Source: an uncultured Planctomycetia bacterium
Lineage (GTDB): Bacteria; Omnitrophota; Gorgyraeia; 2-02-FULL-51-18
Length of the DNA: 64,000 nt
Assembly (NCBI GenBank): GCA_964402785.1
Contig: CAYODQ010000001.1
Location: 18,124-82,123 of the forward strand
Direction of reading: 5' to 3'
A program made the position numbers and the translations under genes. The notes under the pieces are model-generated. The model did no database searches. It was not told the DNA's origin and saw only the letters and a program-made list of their open reading frames with translations. Shown one piece after another: positions 1-10,147 of the stretch (its first letter is position 1; every line of letters begins with the position of its first letter).

Positions 1-2
1 AT

Positions 3-974
3 CATACGGCGATCGCGGCTTTGGGTTCAGACACGGGTGGGTCTATCCGTCAGCCGGCGGCGTTTTGCGGCGTGGTGGGTATTAAGCCGACTTATGGCCG
101 CGTGTCACGTTATGGTTTGATCGCGTTTGCTTCGAGTTTGGATCAAATTGGCCCTATCACCAAAGATGTGCGCGATGCGGCGATGATCTTATCCGTGATC
201 GCTGGGCATGATCCGAAAGATTCGACGTCTGCGGATGTGCCGGTGCCGGATTATACGACTTTTTTGGGCAAAGATATCAAAGGGATGAAGATCGGTATTC
301 CCAAAGAATACGTGGCAGAAGGCTTGAGTCCGGAGCTTCAAAAAGTTTTCAAAGCCGCCTGTGAGATTTTCAAAAAATTGGGCGCCGAGCTGGTGGATGT
401 GTCGCTTCCACACACCAAATATTCGGTGAATGTGTATTACATTGTGGCGCCGTCAGAGGCCAGTTCAAATCTTGCGCGTTTTGATGGTGTGCGTTTTGGG
501 CATCGCACAAAAGAAGCCAAAAATTTGACCGAGATGTATGAGATGTCGAGAGGTGAGGGGTTTGGTGCCGAAGCCAAGCGTCGCATCATCCTCGGAACGT
601 ACAGCCTTTCCAGTGGATATTACGATGCGTATTATCTCAAGGCGATGAAGGTGCGCACCAAGATCAAACAGGATTTTGATGAGGCGTATAAAAAAGTGGA
701 CGCTATTTTGACGCCCACGGCGCCGAGCGGAGCGTTTAAATTGGGTGAAAAATCATCCAATCCGATCGAGATGTATTTGTCGGATATTTTTACGATCGCC
801 GCCAATCTTGCTGGTGTGCCGGCCATCTCATTTCCATGCGGCGTGACAGAGAAGGATTCGCTTCCGCTTAGCATGCAGCTCATGGGTAAACCTTTTGACG
901 AAGGCAATCTATTCCGGCTGGCGCATGCTTTCGAGCAATCCACGGATTATCATAAAAAATTGGGAAATGTGTGA
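3..974 (+). CDS. gatA: Asp-tRNA(Asn)/Glu-tRNA(Gln) amidotransferase subunit A (5' truncated by window edge)
   Basis: Amidase signature [16 protein letters not shown]; [10 protein letters not shown]; followed by gatB. Confidence 0.97.
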   Translation, partial: HTAIAALGSDTGGSIRQPAAFCGVVGIKPTYGRVSRYGLIAFASSLDQIGPITKDVRDAAMILSVIAGHDPKDSTSADVPVPDYTTFLGKDIKGMKIGIPKEYVAEGLSPELQKVFKAACEIFKKLGAELVDVSLPHTKYSVNVYYIVAPSEASSNLARFDGVRFGHRTKEAKNLTEMYEMSRGEGFGAEAKRRIILGTYSLSSGYYDAYYLKAMKVRTKIKQDFDEAYKKVDAILTPTAPSGAFKLGEKSSNPIEMYLSDIFTIAANLAGVPAISFPCGVTEKDSLPLSMQLMGKPFDEGNLFRLAHAFEQSTDYHKKLGNV

Positions 975-2416
975 TGGCTGAAAAGATTCTTGTTACCATC
1001 GGTCTTGAAGTGCATGTTCAGTTGGGGACGAAGACCAAGATATTTTGCAGCTGTGCAGTGGAATTTGGCTCAGCGCCAAACAAAAACGTATGTCCTGTAT
1101 GTCTTGGCCTTCCAGGGGCGCTTCCGGTGCTGAATCGCGAGGTTTTTGAGCTTGGTTTGAAAGGTGTCCTGGCTTTGGGCGGCACTCCTTCGAATTTAGT
1201 GAAATTCGACCGTAAGAATTATTTTTATCCGGATCTTCCCAAGGGCTATCAAATATCTCAGTACGATCATCCGATCGGCCGCGGCGGATTCATTGAAGTC
1301 ACGTCGCAGGACACTACCAAAAAGGTACGTATCAACCGTCTTCATTTGGAAGAAGACGCGGGGAAGCTTTTGCATGACCAAGTGCCGGATGCCAGTGTGG
1401 TGGATCTGAACCGTGCCGGCACGCCCCTGGCTGAGATCGTCAGCGAGCCGGATTTGGAGAGCGCGGAAGAAGCTTATGAGTATTTGAATTCATTAAAGGC
1501 CATCATGCGCGCCGCAGGCGTTTCGGATTGTGACATGGAAAAAGGCCAGCTGAGATGCGATGCCAATGTGTCGATACGCCGAAATCAATCGGATCCCTTG
1601 GGTCGCCGCGTTGAAGTGAAAAATTTAAATTCTTTTAAGGCTGTACGCTCGGCCATTTTATATGAGATCACTCGTCAGTCCGAAGTGATGGAGAGGGGTG
1701 AAGTATTGGCGCAGGAGACAAGGCTTTGGGATGACGCGAGGCAGAAAACGTTTTCTATGCGCTCCAAAGAAGAGGCGCATGATTATCGGTATTTTCCTGA
1801 GCCGGATTTGGTGCCGTTTTATATTAGCGCCGATAAAATAGAGCTTATCCGCAAAAATCTACCTGAGTTGCCAAAGGCGAGAGAAGAGCGCTTCGCGGCA
1901 GCCTACGGTCTGAGTGCATATGATGTCAAAATATTGAATTTAGACCCTGATGTTGCTGCGTTTTTTGAGTCTTGTGTCAAAAAAGGCGCCAAGGCCAAGA
2001 CGGTGTCCAATTGGCTGACGGGCCCCATAGCTGCTTTCTTAAATGCTCAAGGCTTGATATTTTCGGAGTGCAAACTCACGGAAGCACATCTCTTGGATAT
2101 GATCGCCTTGGTGGACGGGCAGAAGATCAGTTTCCAAGCCGCCAAAGAAAAGCTTCTGCCCGAAGTCCTCACACACCAAAAAGACCCTCAGGCCGTGATG
2201 AAAGAAAAAGGCCTCGAACAAGTTTCGGACTCCGGGCAAATTGACGGCTGGATATTGGAAGCCATACAAGCCAATCCCAAAGTCGTGGCAGATTTTAAAT
2301 CCGGCAAAGACACGGCCGCCATGTTTTTGGTGGGGCAGGTGATGAAAAAAAGCCAAGGCAAAGCCAATCCCATCAAAGTCAAAGAGCTGATGGTTGAAAA
2401 ATTAAACCAAGCATAG
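974..2416 (+). CDS. gatB: Asp-tRNA(Asn)/Glu-tRNA(Gln) amidotransferase subunit B
   Basis: IGLEVHVQL, FDRKNYFYPDLPKGYQISQ, HLEEDAGK, DYRYFPEPDL. Confidence 0.98.
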   Translation: MAEKILVTIGLEVHVQLGTKTKIFCSCAVEFGSAPNKNVCPVCLGLPGALPVLNREVFELGLKGVLALGGTPSNLVKFDRKNYFYPDLPKGYQISQYDHPIGRGGFIEVTSQDTTKKVRINRLHLEEDAGKLLHDQVPDASVVDLNRAGTPLAEIVSEPDLESAEEAYEYLNSLKAIMRAAGVSDCDMEKGQLRCDANVSIRRNQSDPLGRRVEVKNLNSFKAVRSAILYEITRQSEVMERGEVLAQETRLWDDARQKTFSMRSKEEAHDYRYFPEPDLVPFYISADKIELIRKNLPELPKAREERFAAAYGLSAYDVKILNLDPDVAAFFESCVKKGAKAKTVSNWLTGPIAAFLNAQGLIFSECKLTEAHLLDMIALVDGQKISFQAAKEKLLPEVLTHQKDPQAVMKEKGLEQVSDSGQIDGWILEAIQANPKVVADFKSGKDTAAMFLVGQVMKKSQGKANPIKVKELMVEKLNQA

Positions 2417-2427
2417 CGTTTCTTCTT

Positions 2428-3588
2428 GTGAAAAATAAAACATCCTATATTTTGATCGGCATTTCTCTTCTTTTCTTTCCCGTCATCTTGTTTTTGAGCC
2501 CATCTTTTGCCGGTTGGCAAAATGGTTTTGGATCCAAGACGGAAGCGGATCAGATCGGAACCGTGATCGCGATGGTCAAAGAAGGTTATGTTGAGCCGGT
2601 TGATAGTTCAAAATTGGTGGCGGGGGCGTTGACCGGCATGCTCAAGACATTGGATCCGTATAGCCTTTATTTGGATCCGGCCACCTACGAGGAATTTAAG
2701 CGTGACGCGGGCGGCGAGTTTGGCGGAATAGGCCTTGAGGTTAGTATCAAAGGCGGCCCTCTTCATGTATTGTCGCCATTGGATGGCTCTCCCGCAGCTC
2801 TGGCGGGCCTTAAGCCGGGTGACATGATCTTGAAGATCGACGGCGTCGCCACCAAAGATATGTCGATGTTGGAGGCTGTCAAAAAAATGCGCGGCAAGCC
2901 CGGCAGCCATGTCAAACTCACGGTGATGCGAGAGGGTGAAAGTAAGCTTTTAGAGTTCGATATCGAGCGCCAAAAAGTGATTGTGGAGGGCGTGCGTGAA
3001 GCCAAAGTGTTGGAAGGCCAGGTCGGTTATATTCGTATCGCGGAGTTTCAGCGCTCGACCTCGGCTGATTTCAAAAAAGCACTTCACGCGCTTTTGTCTC
3101 AAAATATCAAAGCTCTGATCATTGATGTGCGTAATAATCCCGGTGGTTTATTGCACAGCTCATTGCAAGTTTTGGAAAATTTTCTTCCTGAGAAACATTT
3201 GATGCTGGTGACCAAAGGCCGAGATCCCAAAAAGAATCGCAGCTATTATTCACCGCGTAAAAAAGCGGGTGCTATCGAATGGGGATCCAAGCCCATCGTT
3301 GTCCTGATCAATCGCGGCAGCGCCAGTGGTTCGGAGATCTTGGGAGGTGCTTTGCAGGATACGGGTTTGGCCAAGCTTGTGGGCAGTAGGAGTTATGGAA
3401 AAGGCTGTATTCAGACATTGACGGCCTTGGATAAGGGCGGGGCTGTGCGTATCACCACGAGCCGGTATTATACGCCCAATGGCCGTCTCATTCATGAAGT
3501 GGGGCTGGAGCCGGATGTATCCGTGCCTGATAATAAAGACAATGAGGATGCTCCGCTCAAAGAAGCGCTCAGGATATTAAACGCATGA
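2428..3588 (+). CDS. ctpA: S41 family C-terminal processing peptidase with PDZ domain
   Basis: N-terminal signal/TM; LDPYS, GGIGL PDZ, DVRNNPGGLL, SASGSE (catalytic Ser), GKG. Confidence 0.92.
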   Translation: MKNKTSYILIGISLLFFPVILFLSPSFAGWQNGFGSKTEADQIGTVIAMVKEGYVEPVDSSKLVAGALTGMLKTLDPYSLYLDPATYEEFKRDAGGEFGGIGLEVSIKGGPLHVLSPLDGSPAALAGLKPGDMILKIDGVATKDMSMLEAVKKMRGKPGSHVKLTVMREGESKLLEFDIERQKVIVEGVREAKVLEGQVGYIRIAEFQRSTSADFKKALHALLSQNIKALIIDVRNNPGGLLHSSLQVLENFLPEKHLMLVTKGRDPKKNRSYYSPRKKAGAIEWGSKPIVVLINRGSASGSEILGGALQDTGLAKLVGSRSYGKGCIQTLTALDKGGAVRITTSRYYTPNGRLIHEVGLEPDVSVPDNKDNEDAPLKEALRILNA

Positions 3589-4466
3589 AGCGCACCTTAA
3601 GATCCGTATTATCCGTGCTGTTCGTCGTGTTGGTTGCTTATGCTGTGGCACGCGGTTGTATCCAGAAAAAGCCCTTATTCGATCACCGCTCATATGAGGC
3701 ACCGGCAAAAGCGATAAAGATCAAAAAAACATCTCCAAAAAGCGCGCCAAAGCCTGCGCCCATCGTAGCGAAGGCCGTCCCTAAGCCGGCGCCTGCCCGC
3801 AGCGCCTCGGCCAAAATGGCGATCATCCTGGATGATTGGGGTATGAGCACTTCTCTCATGAAACAAGCCATAGACCTAAAAAGGCCGATCACCCTTGCGA
3901 TCATTCCTCATCTTGCGCACAGCGCCGACATTGCCAAATCCGCCAAGGCCAATGGCTTGGGAGTTATGCTTCATATGCCCATGCAGCCCAAAAATCTAAG
4001 ACAGCCCAAAGAGCCTTATACGATCACGACCCAAACCTCCGAAGAAGAAATAAATAAGCTTTTGGGAGATGCTTTGGCAACGATCCCTCATGTGGAGGGC
4101 GTCAACAACCATCAAGGTTCTGCCGCGACCAGCGATTTGCGCGTCATGAAAGCTGTTGTGGCTTATCTTAAAAAAAGAAAATTGTTTTTTGTCGACAGCA
4201 ATGTCATCGCGACCACGGTTGGGTGGAAGGTGGCGCGCGATGCGGGATTGCCGTATGCCAAACGTGATGTATTCATAGACAACGAAGCCAATGTCGAGTC
4301 GATCCGCGCACAGCTTAAAAAAGCAGAAGATAAAGCTTTGGCCAATGGCTCCGTTGTGGTGATCGGTCATGATAAAAGGGCGACGCTTGAGGCGATCCGA
4401 GATGCGATCCCGGAGATCGAAAGCCGCGGGATCGAGTTGGTGTTGGCTAAGGAACTTTTGCAATGA
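3585..4466 (+). CDS. Divergent polysaccharide deacetylase (YibQ/DUF610 family)
   Basis: AIILDDWG, MLHMPMQP, GVNNHQGS, FFVDS, RDVFID, IGH; usual neighbour of ctpA. Confidence 0.9.
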   Translation: MKRTLRSVLSVLFVVLVAYAVARGCIQKKPLFDHRSYEAPAKAIKIKKTSPKSAPKPAPIVAKAVPKPAPARSASAKMAIILDDWGMSTSLMKQAIDLKRPITLAIIPHLAHSADIAKSAKANGLGVMLHMPMQPKNLRQPKEPYTITTQTSEEEINKLLGDALATIPHVEGVNNHQGSAATSDLRVMKAVVAYLKKRKLFFVDSNVIATTVGWKVARDAGLPYAKRDVFIDNEANVESIRAQLKKAEDKALANGSVVVIGHDKRATLEAIRDAIPEIESRGIELVLAKELLQ

Positions 4467-5482
4467 TCACGCTTGGGATCGAAACGTCGTGTGATGAGAC
4501 ATCCGTCGCCCTCGTCAAAGACGGGCATAAGATCCTTTCCAACGTGATCTATTCGAGTCTCAAAGAGCATAAACCCTATGGCGGTGTGGTGCCGGAGATC
4601 GCGTCTCGCTCGCATGTGGAGACGATCTTGCCTTGCCTGGAAGCGGCTCTTAAAAAATCTAAGACATCTCTTCAACAAGTTGATCTGGTCGCGGTGACTT
4701 GCGGGCCGGGACTGATGGGTTCGCTGTTGGTGGGATTTTCGGCGGCCAAAGCATTGGCGTATGCATTGGACAAGCCATTTGTTGGGGTCGATCATGTGAT
4801 CGCTCATGTGTATGCCGGTTTCTTGGCGGATCCAAAGCTGAAATTCCCATGCCTTGGTTTGGTGGTTTCCGGCGGACACACGCTATTGCTTAAAATGAAC
4901 TCTCCACTAAAGGTGGAAGTTTTGGGCCGCTCGATCGACGATGCGGCTGGAGAGGCATTCGATAAAGTTGCCAAAATCTTGGGCTTGGGGTATCCTGGTG
5001 GTCCAGAGATAGATCGTTTAAGCCGGGGCATTGATCCAAAAAAAGTAGTTTTTAGCCGGCCCTTTCTTTCTAAGCAATCACTTGATTTTAGTTTTAGCGG
5101 GATCAAAACAGCTGTTTATTATCATGTGCTGAGATCCAAAAAAAAGCCTGCCCTGAAAGCCAAAAAAGAGATCTGTTCAGGGTTTCAGGAAGCTGTGTGT
5201 GAGGTTTTGGTCAAGAAAGCATTGATGGCGGCGGGCGCAGAAGGGCTCAAGACCATTATTGTGGGCGGCGGTGTCAGTGCTAACAGTCGTTTGCGGCAGA
5301 TGATGCAGCAAGCGGCCAAAAAAGAAGCGATACAGGTCATATTTCCTGATCTCATCCTTTGCCAGGACAATGCGGCCATGATCGCAGCGCTTGGTTCGGC
5401 CATATTCAAGGCCGGGCACAAGGACAGTTTATCGCTGGGTGCTTATGCCCAGTTTAGCGAAAGATCACAACATGCAAATTAA
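4463..5482 (+). CDS. tsaD: tRNA N6-adenosine threonylcarbamoyltransferase
   Basis: LGIETSCDET, GGVVPEIASRSH, HVIAH, SGGHT, DDAAGEAFDK, DNAAMIA. Confidence 0.97.
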   Translation: MITLGIETSCDETSVALVKDGHKILSNVIYSSLKEHKPYGGVVPEIASRSHVETILPCLEAALKKSKTSLQQVDLVAVTCGPGLMGSLLVGFSAAKALAYALDKPFVGVDHVIAHVYAGFLADPKLKFPCLGLVVSGGHTLLLKMNSPLKVEVLGRSIDDAAGEAFDKVAKILGLGYPGGPEIDRLSRGIDPKKVVFSRPFLSKQSLDFSFSGIKTAVYYHVLRSKKKPALKAKKEICSGFQEAVCEVLVKKALMAAGAEGLKTIIVGGGVSANSRLRQMMQQAAKKEAIQVIFPDLILCQDNAAMIAALGSAIFKAGHKDSLSLGAYAQFSERSQHAN

Positions 5483-5843
5483 AAAAGAAGAAATGAACGA
5501 GTTTTTGACAGAAGACCTGATCAGTCTCAAAGAGGCAGCCGGCCTTCTGGAAGTAACCGAGGCAGAAGTCAAAGAGCTGATCGAAAAACATCGTGTTCCG
5601 TCGCATCAAGTGGCGGGAGCCTTTTTGCGTTTCAAGCGCAAAGAGATCGAAGGCCTCAAGAATAAATGGCGTATCGAACGCGAACTTTTCCCCAAAAAAT
5701 CGGATCATTTTGTGCATGAGGCATCGCTGGCAAAGGCTAGTTTTTTTGACCGCATTGCGGATTTTTGGCATTTCAACGATTTTTATATCCTTTGTTCGAT
5801 CTTGATCATGCTGCTTTTGTATGTTGTTCTGTCCTACCAATAA
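5472..5843 (+). CDS. Excisionase-like (HTH_17) DNA-binding protein with C-terminal transmembrane helix
   Basis: ISLKEAAGLLEV...VPSHQVAGAFLRFKRKEI then hydrophobic tail FYILCSILIMLLLYVVL; start moved to ATG 5472 (5493 also possible). Confidence 0.75.
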   Translation: MQIKKEEMNEFLTEDLISLKEAAGLLEVTEAEVKELIEKHRVPSHQVAGAFLRFKRKEIEGLKNKWRIERELFPKKSDHFVHEASLAKASFFDRIADFWHFNDFYILCSILIMLLLYVVLSYQ

Positions 5844-5860
5844 AAAGGCCATAAAATAAA

Positions 5861-5891
5861 AAGTCACAAAGTCACACGTTACAAGGTCATA
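5861..5891. repeat. Degenerate 7-8 bp tandem repeat (AAGTCACA-like, 4 units) upstream of polA
   Basis: AAGTCACA AAGTCACA CGTTACA AGGTCATA. Confidence 0.55.
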
Positions 5892-5905
5892 ATAAAAAAT
5901 AATCG

Positions 5906-8608
5906 ATGAAATATATTTTGTTGGATGGTAATTCGTTCTGTTACCGCGCCTTTTACGCGATCCGCGATCTTCGCACATCCAAAGGTGAGCCCACCAACGC
6001 CATCTATGGCGTGATCGTGATGCTGGAGAAGATCGTTAAACATATCAAGCCGGATGGCGTAGCGGTCACTTTCGACTTAAAGGGCCCCACCCATCGCCAT
6101 GAAAAATTCGATCAATATAAGATCCACCGGGCACCCATGCCGGGTGACCTGGTGAGCCAGATGCCCAAGATCAAGGAAGTGATCGAGGCGATGAATATCC
6201 CCATTTTTGAAAAAGAGGGCTACGAGGCCGATGACATCATCGCAACGCTCGCAACCCATCTTGAAAAAAAAGGCCACGAGGTTTTTATCGTCACGGGCGA
6301 CAAAGATATGATGCAGCTTGTGACCAAGAAAGTAAAAGTGGTCAACCCGCAAAAAGATAATCTGGTTTACGATGCGGCAGAGGTCACCAAAAAATTTGGC
6401 GTGGGGCCCGATAAGGTAGTCGAAATATTGGCGCTCATGGGGGATGCCTCCGATAATATTCCCGGCGTGCCGGGGATAGGGGAGAAAACAGCGACCACCC
6501 TCGTGACGGAGTTTGGCTCCGTTGAGAATCTTCTTAAGAATTTAAATAAGTTCGACGCTCTTTCCAAGCGCTATCCCAGGGTTTTTACGGATAAGCTGAA
6601 AGAGAATTTACAGAAACACAAAGAAGACGCGGTTCTTTCCAAAGATCTTGCCACCGTGATGCGCGATGTACCGATAGACTTTGATGTGGAAGGTATGCGT
6701 ATTCAGGAACCCAATCAAAAGAAGCTCACGGATCTATATCAACAATATGAATTTCGCACGCTGCTTAGGCACGTGCCATCAACCGAGCCCAAGAATGCCG
6801 ATGACAAAGAGCTGTCGTACCATCTCATCACCAGTAAAGATGGTTTTGAGGCGCTCAAGAAAAAGCTTTCTTCGCATAAAAAATGGGCTTTTGATTTTGA
6901 AACCACGGATGTTAACCCCATGATCGCAAAGCCTGTGGGAGTCTCATTTTCTTTTAAAGCCAGAGAGGCATTTTTTGTTTCTTTTGCAGGAGAACTCAAA
7001 GCCAAAGATTGCCTGCATTCTCTTAAGAGTCTTTTTGAGGACAAACATTTCTTAAAAGTCGGCCAAAATATCAAATACGAGATCATGATCTTGAAGAATT
7101 TTGACATCGATCTACAGGGAGTAGATTTTGACACTATGGTGGCTTCTTATTGCCTCAATCCCGCTAAACCCAATCACAATTTGGATGATATTGCCATGGA
7201 GCATCTGGGTGTGAGGATCACCGATATCGTGGAGCTGATCGGCACAGGAAAAAGTCAGATCACCATGGATCAAGTCGATCTCGACAAGCTTTATCGATAT
7301 GGCTGCCAGGACAGCGATGTGACGCTGAGGCTTTCAGATGTGCTCTCCCAAAAACTCGAAGAAAAAGACCTGATGACACTTTTTAGGGAGATCGAGATGC
7401 CTCTTGTGAAAGTGCTGGCCGATATCGAGTTTGCGGGTGTGGCTATCGATACTCAGATGCTAAACGATCTATCTCGGGAGATGGAGAAGAGTTTGGCCGA
7501 GCTGACCAAGACCATCCACAAAGAAGCGGGGGGTGAGTTCAATATCAATTCGCCCAAACAGCTGGCAGAGATTTTGTTTGAAAAGCTGGGCCTTCCTATG
7601 GTAAAAAAGACTAAGACAGGCGCATCCACGGACGTGGGGGTTCTTCAAGAGCTTTCCGAAATTCATTCTCTTCCCAAGGAAATACTTAAATTCAGAGAAC
7701 TTTCGAAGCTAAAATCGACCTACGTAGATGCCTTGCCGGAGCTGGTCAATCCCCATACAAAAAGGGTGCATACCTCCTTCAACCAAACCGTGACGGCTAC
7801 GGGCCGGTTATCCTCGACGGATCCGAATCTTCAGAATATACCCGTTCGTACGGCTGAAGGACGAAAGATCAGGCGTGCATTTGTGGCGGGATCGCCGGGT
7901 GCCGTGTTGCTTTCGGCGGATTATTCTCAGATCGAGCTGAGGGTATTGGCGCATTTGTCGGGCGATGAGAAATTGATAGAAGCTTTTAAAAAAGGCGCGG
8001 ATATTCACCGGTTCACAGCGGCGCTCATTTACAATGTCGATATCAAGGATGTGACCGACACTATGCGGTCTTCGGCCAAAACGGTTAATTTTGGCGTGCT
8101 GTATGGGATGGGCGCTTTTAGCTTGGCCAAAAGCCTGGGTATCAAGAATGATGCCGCCAAAGATTTTATCAAAGCTTATTTTGACCGCTATCCGAGCGTG
8201 AAAGCGTATTTGGATAGCTCGATCGAAAAAGCGAAAAAAGACGGGTTTGTTTCAACGGCGTTCAAAAGACGCCGCTATATTCCTGAGATCCACTCGAGCG
8301 ACCCTAGGGTCAGGAGTTTTGCGGAACGCACCGCGATCAATGCTCCGCTTCAGGGTACGGCAAGTGACGTGATCAAGATCGCCATGATCCGTATCGCAGG
8401 ACTATTCGAGAAAAAGGGGATCAAGACCAAGATGATCTCTCAGGTGCATGACGAGCTTTTGTTTGAAGGCCCGCAAGCTGAGATCAAGCAGATCGCGGAT
8501 CTTGTCCGAAGGGAGATGTCGGGTGCTGCGGATTTTGTGGTGCCGCTTGATGTGTCAGTGAAGATCGGGCCCAATTGGCTGGATATGAAAGAGATTGATA
8601 ATAAATGA
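5906..8608 (+). CDS. polA: DNA polymerase I
   Basis: 5'-3' exonuclease (LLDGNS..YRAFYA, YEADD, GDASDNIPGVPGIGEKTA), 3'-5' exonuclease FDFET, motifs ADYSQIELR, KTVNFGVLYG, QVHDEL. Confidence 0.98.
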   Translation: MKYILLDGNSFCYRAFYAIRDLRTSKGEPTNAIYGVIVMLEKIVKHIKPDGVAVTFDLKGPTHRHEKFDQYKIHRAPMPGDLVSQMPKIKEVIEAMNIPIFEKEGYEADDIIATLATHLEKKGHEVFIVTGDKDMMQLVTKKVKVVNPQKDNLVYDAAEVTKKFGVGPDKVVEILALMGDASDNIPGVPGIGEKTATTLVTEFGSVENLLKNLNKFDALSKRYPRVFTDKLKENLQKHKEDAVLSKDLATVMRDVPIDFDVEGMRIQEPNQKKLTDLYQQYEFRTLLRHVPSTEPKNADDKELSYHLITSKDGFEALKKKLSSHKKWAFDFETTDVNPMIAKPVGVSFSFKAREAFFVSFAGELKAKDCLHSLKSLFEDKHFLKVGQNIKYEIMILKNFDIDLQGVDFDTMVASYCLNPAKPNHNLDDIAMEHLGVRITDIVELIGTGKSQITMDQVDLDKLYRYGCQDSDVTLRLSDVLSQKLEEKDLMTLFREIEMPLVKVLADIEFAGVAIDTQMLNDLSREMEKSLAELTKTIHKEAGGEFNINSPKQLAEILFEKLGLPMVKKTKTGASTDVGVLQELSEIHSLPKEILKFRELSKLKSTYVDALPELVNPHTKRVHTSFNQTVTATGRLSSTDPNLQNIPVRTAEGRKIRRAFVAGSPGAVLLSADYSQIELRVLAHLSGDEKLIEAFKKGADIHRFTAALIYNVDIKDVTDTMRSSAKTVNFGVLYGMGAFSLAKSLGIKNDAAKDFIKAYFDRYPSVKAYLDSSIEKAKKDGFVSTAFKRRRYIPEIHSSDPRVRSFAERTAINAPLQGTASDVIKIAMIRIAGLFEKKGIKTKMISQVHDELLFEGPQAEIKQIADLVRREMSGAADFVVPLDVSVKIGPNWLDMKEIDNK

Positions 8609-8610
8609 AG

Positions 8611-8703
8611 AGTTCGGGGTCCTGCCGCTGCGCCAGCTCGTTTTTCAGCAAGTGCTTCGCCTTGCCGAAAAACAAGCACTCTGGCTCCGCGTCACCCCTC
8701 ACT
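8611..8703. repeat. Intergenic imperfect hairpin element between polA and glgA
   Basis: CTCGTTTTTCAGCAAG-TGCTTCGC-CTTGCCGAAAAACAAG core; outer GCCAG/CTGGC and GGGGT/ACCCC pairs. Confidence 0.7.
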
Positions 8704-8734
8704 GCTGCTATTGGCTATTTGACATCTTTATAAT

Positions 8735-10147
8735 ATGAAGAAAAAAATCAATACCAAGGTAAAGAGTAAGATAAAAGTGTTGTTTGTCGCTTCTGAAGTG
8801 GCGCCGTTTGAAAAAACGGGAGGACTTGCGGATGTAACGGGGTCTTTGCCCAAGGCGCTCGCCAAGCAAGGTGTCGATTTTTTGGTGGTGATGCCCAAAT
8901 ATCGTGGCATTCCATGGCCTTGGAAGCGGATAGCACCAGGCATCCAGATCTATTTCTCTGAACACGAGGAGTATTTTAACCGAGCCGGTCTTTACGGCAA
9001 TGATCGCGGCGAATATCCGGACAACTTGGCTCGTTTTTCGTATTTTTGCCATGACGCGCTTGCAGCTTGTAAGCGGATGGGGTTCAAGCCGGATATTGTG
9101 CACGCGCATGATTGGCAGGCGGCTTTATTGCCGGTTTTGCTTAAGACGCAATACGCCAAAGATCCTTTTTTTGAGAATACTCGATCTATTTTGACCGTGC
9201 ACAACCTGGCCTACCAAGGACAATTTGCGCATCGTCAATATGGCCATTTGGGTTTGGATCCATCTTTATTTTCGATCGATGGATTTGAGTTTTACGGCAA
9301 GATCAATTTACTCAAGGCAGGGCTTTTGTTTGCGGATCGTATCTCGACGGTGAGCCCCACGTATGCTGAGGAGATGAAGACGTCCGAATTTGGGTACGGA
9401 TTGGACGGAGTGGTCAGAAAACGAGAGGCAGATTTGACGGGTATCTTGAACGGGATCGATCTGGTGATGTGGAATCCACAAAAAGACAAAAAGATCCCTG
9501 TTAATTTTTCAGCGGTTAATCGTGCGGGTAAAGCAAAGTGCAAAGAAGCGCTGCAGAAAATGTGTGGTTTTGAAGTACATCCTGATGTGCCGGTGTTTGC
9601 GATCGTCAGCCGCCTAGCGGAGCAAAAGGGTTTGGATCTGTTATCTGAGATCCTGGATACACTTTTGCTGAGGCGCGTGCAGTTTGTGATTTTAGGGGAC
9701 GGCGAAGAAGCTTATAAAACTACTTTTCGTAACGTCGCCAAACGCCACCCCAAAAACGCAGCGGCGTTCATGGGTTTCCATGCCAAAGAAGCACATTCGA
9801 TCTATGCGGGGGCTGATTTTTTTCTGATGCCGTCTTATTTTGAGCCATGCGGACTGGGGCAAATGATCAGTATGCGATATGGCACTGTTCCTATTGTCCG
9901 CAAAACAGGTGGTTTGGCGGATACCGTGGTCGATGTGGACGCGGATACAGTTTCGGGCAACGGTTTAGTATTTAAGGAAAAATCACCGGAAAAGCTGTTG
10001 CATGCGTGCGAGCGTGCCATACGGCTATTTCAAAATAAAGAGCGCTATGCTTGGGCGCAAAAAAATGCTATGAGCGCAGATTTTTCTTGGGAGAAAAGCT
10101 CAGTGGCGTATAAAAATCTATATCAAGAACTTTTGAGGGCGGCGTGA
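8735..10147 (+). CDS. glgA: Glycogen synthase (GT5)
   Basis: SEVAPFEKTGGLADV, HAHDWQ, TVHNLAYQG, PSYFEPCGLGQM. Confidence 0.96.
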   Translation: MKKKINTKVKSKIKVLFVASEVAPFEKTGGLADVTGSLPKALAKQGVDFLVVMPKYRGIPWPWKRIAPGIQIYFSEHEEYFNRAGLYGNDRGEYPDNLARFSYFCHDALAACKRMGFKPDIVHAHDWQAALLPVLLKTQYAKDPFFENTRSILTVHNLAYQGQFAHRQYGHLGLDPSLFSIDGFEFYGKINLLKAGLLFADRISTVSPTYAEEMKTSEFGYGLDGVVRKREADLTGILNGIDLVMWNPQKDKKIPVNFSAVNRAGKAKCKEALQKMCGFEVHPDVPVFAIVSRLAEQKGLDLLSEILDTLLLRRVQFVILGDGEEAYKTTFRNVAKRHPKNAAAFMGFHAKEAHSIYAGADFFLMPSYFEPCGLGQMISMRYGTVPIVRKTGGLADTVVDVDADTVSGNGLVFKEKSPEKLLHACERAIRLFQNKERYAWAQKNAMSADFSWEKSSVAYKNLYQELLRAA

